From Mizuhopecten yessoensis (taxonomy: Eukaryota): 64,000 nucleotides of DNA. The position numbers and the translations under genes are program-made. How positions within the stretch are numbered: position 1 is the first letter of the stretch; every line of letters begins with the position of its first letter. The notes beneath the pieces are model-generated. The model was not told the DNA's origin and did no database searches. It saw nothing but the letters and a program-made list of their open reading frames with translations. The stretch spans positions 4,911 to 68,910 of the forward strand of contig NW_018479870.1 of NCBI RefSeq assembly GCF_002113885.1, written 5' to 3'. Of the stretch, positions 63,733 through 64,000 are shown in pieces.

Positions 63733-64000
63733 TTTATAGGTCACCTGAGACAAAGTCTCAAGTGACCTATTGCGATCGCCTTTTGTCCGGCGGCGTCCGT
63801 AAACAATTTACATTATCGACTTCTTCTCCAAAACCCCTGAACCAATTTCAATGAAATTTTGCAGAAGCCTTCCATGGCCAAAGGTCAACAAAAATAGTGG
63901 CCGGTTTGGTCCCCAGCCCCCAGGGGCCTGAGGGGTGGGGCCAAAAAGGGTCAAATTGACTAAAATGTCAAAAATCTTCTTCTCAAGAACCAGATATGGT
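63733..64000 (+). mobile_element. 5' part of another HINE element
   Basis: TTTATAGGTCACCTGAGAC..GTCTCAAGTGACCTA stem, a GTCC tract and the GGGGCCTGAGGGG repeat. Confidence 0.75.

Overview
AT-rich eukaryotic (animal) genomic DNA, most likely from a bivalve mollusc. This is inferred from the Helentron-associated HINE elements and the gene family, and is not proven. The window is a head-to-tail (+ strand) tandem cluster of genes with single-exon CDSs encoding RING-less TRIM-like proteins (B-box, coiled coil, NHL/6-bladed beta-propeller). It has 9 large copies: 3 intact (6544, 49657, 59531), 1 with a single frameshift (32214) and 5 clear pseudogenes, plus 2 decayed fragments. The copies fall into sub-types and show segmental duplication, promoter swapping and mosaicism. 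Almost every copy keeps a 5' splice donor 1-3 nt after its stop codon. A complete 5.1-kb PIF/Harbinger transposon (1327-6434, TAT target duplication, empty site visible at a paralogous locus) sits about 110 bp upstream of the first intact gene. It carries an intact spliced DDE transposase, a Myb/SANT partner gene and an unexpected F-box/LRR ORF that is splice-phase compatible with the same 17-nt first exon as the Myb gene. The spacers contain HINEs, a solo LTR, LINE 3' fragments, tRNA-derived SINE heads, several foldback MITEs and a 22-bp minisatellite that varies greatly in length between paralogous sites. All calls are from manual reading, with no database searches.
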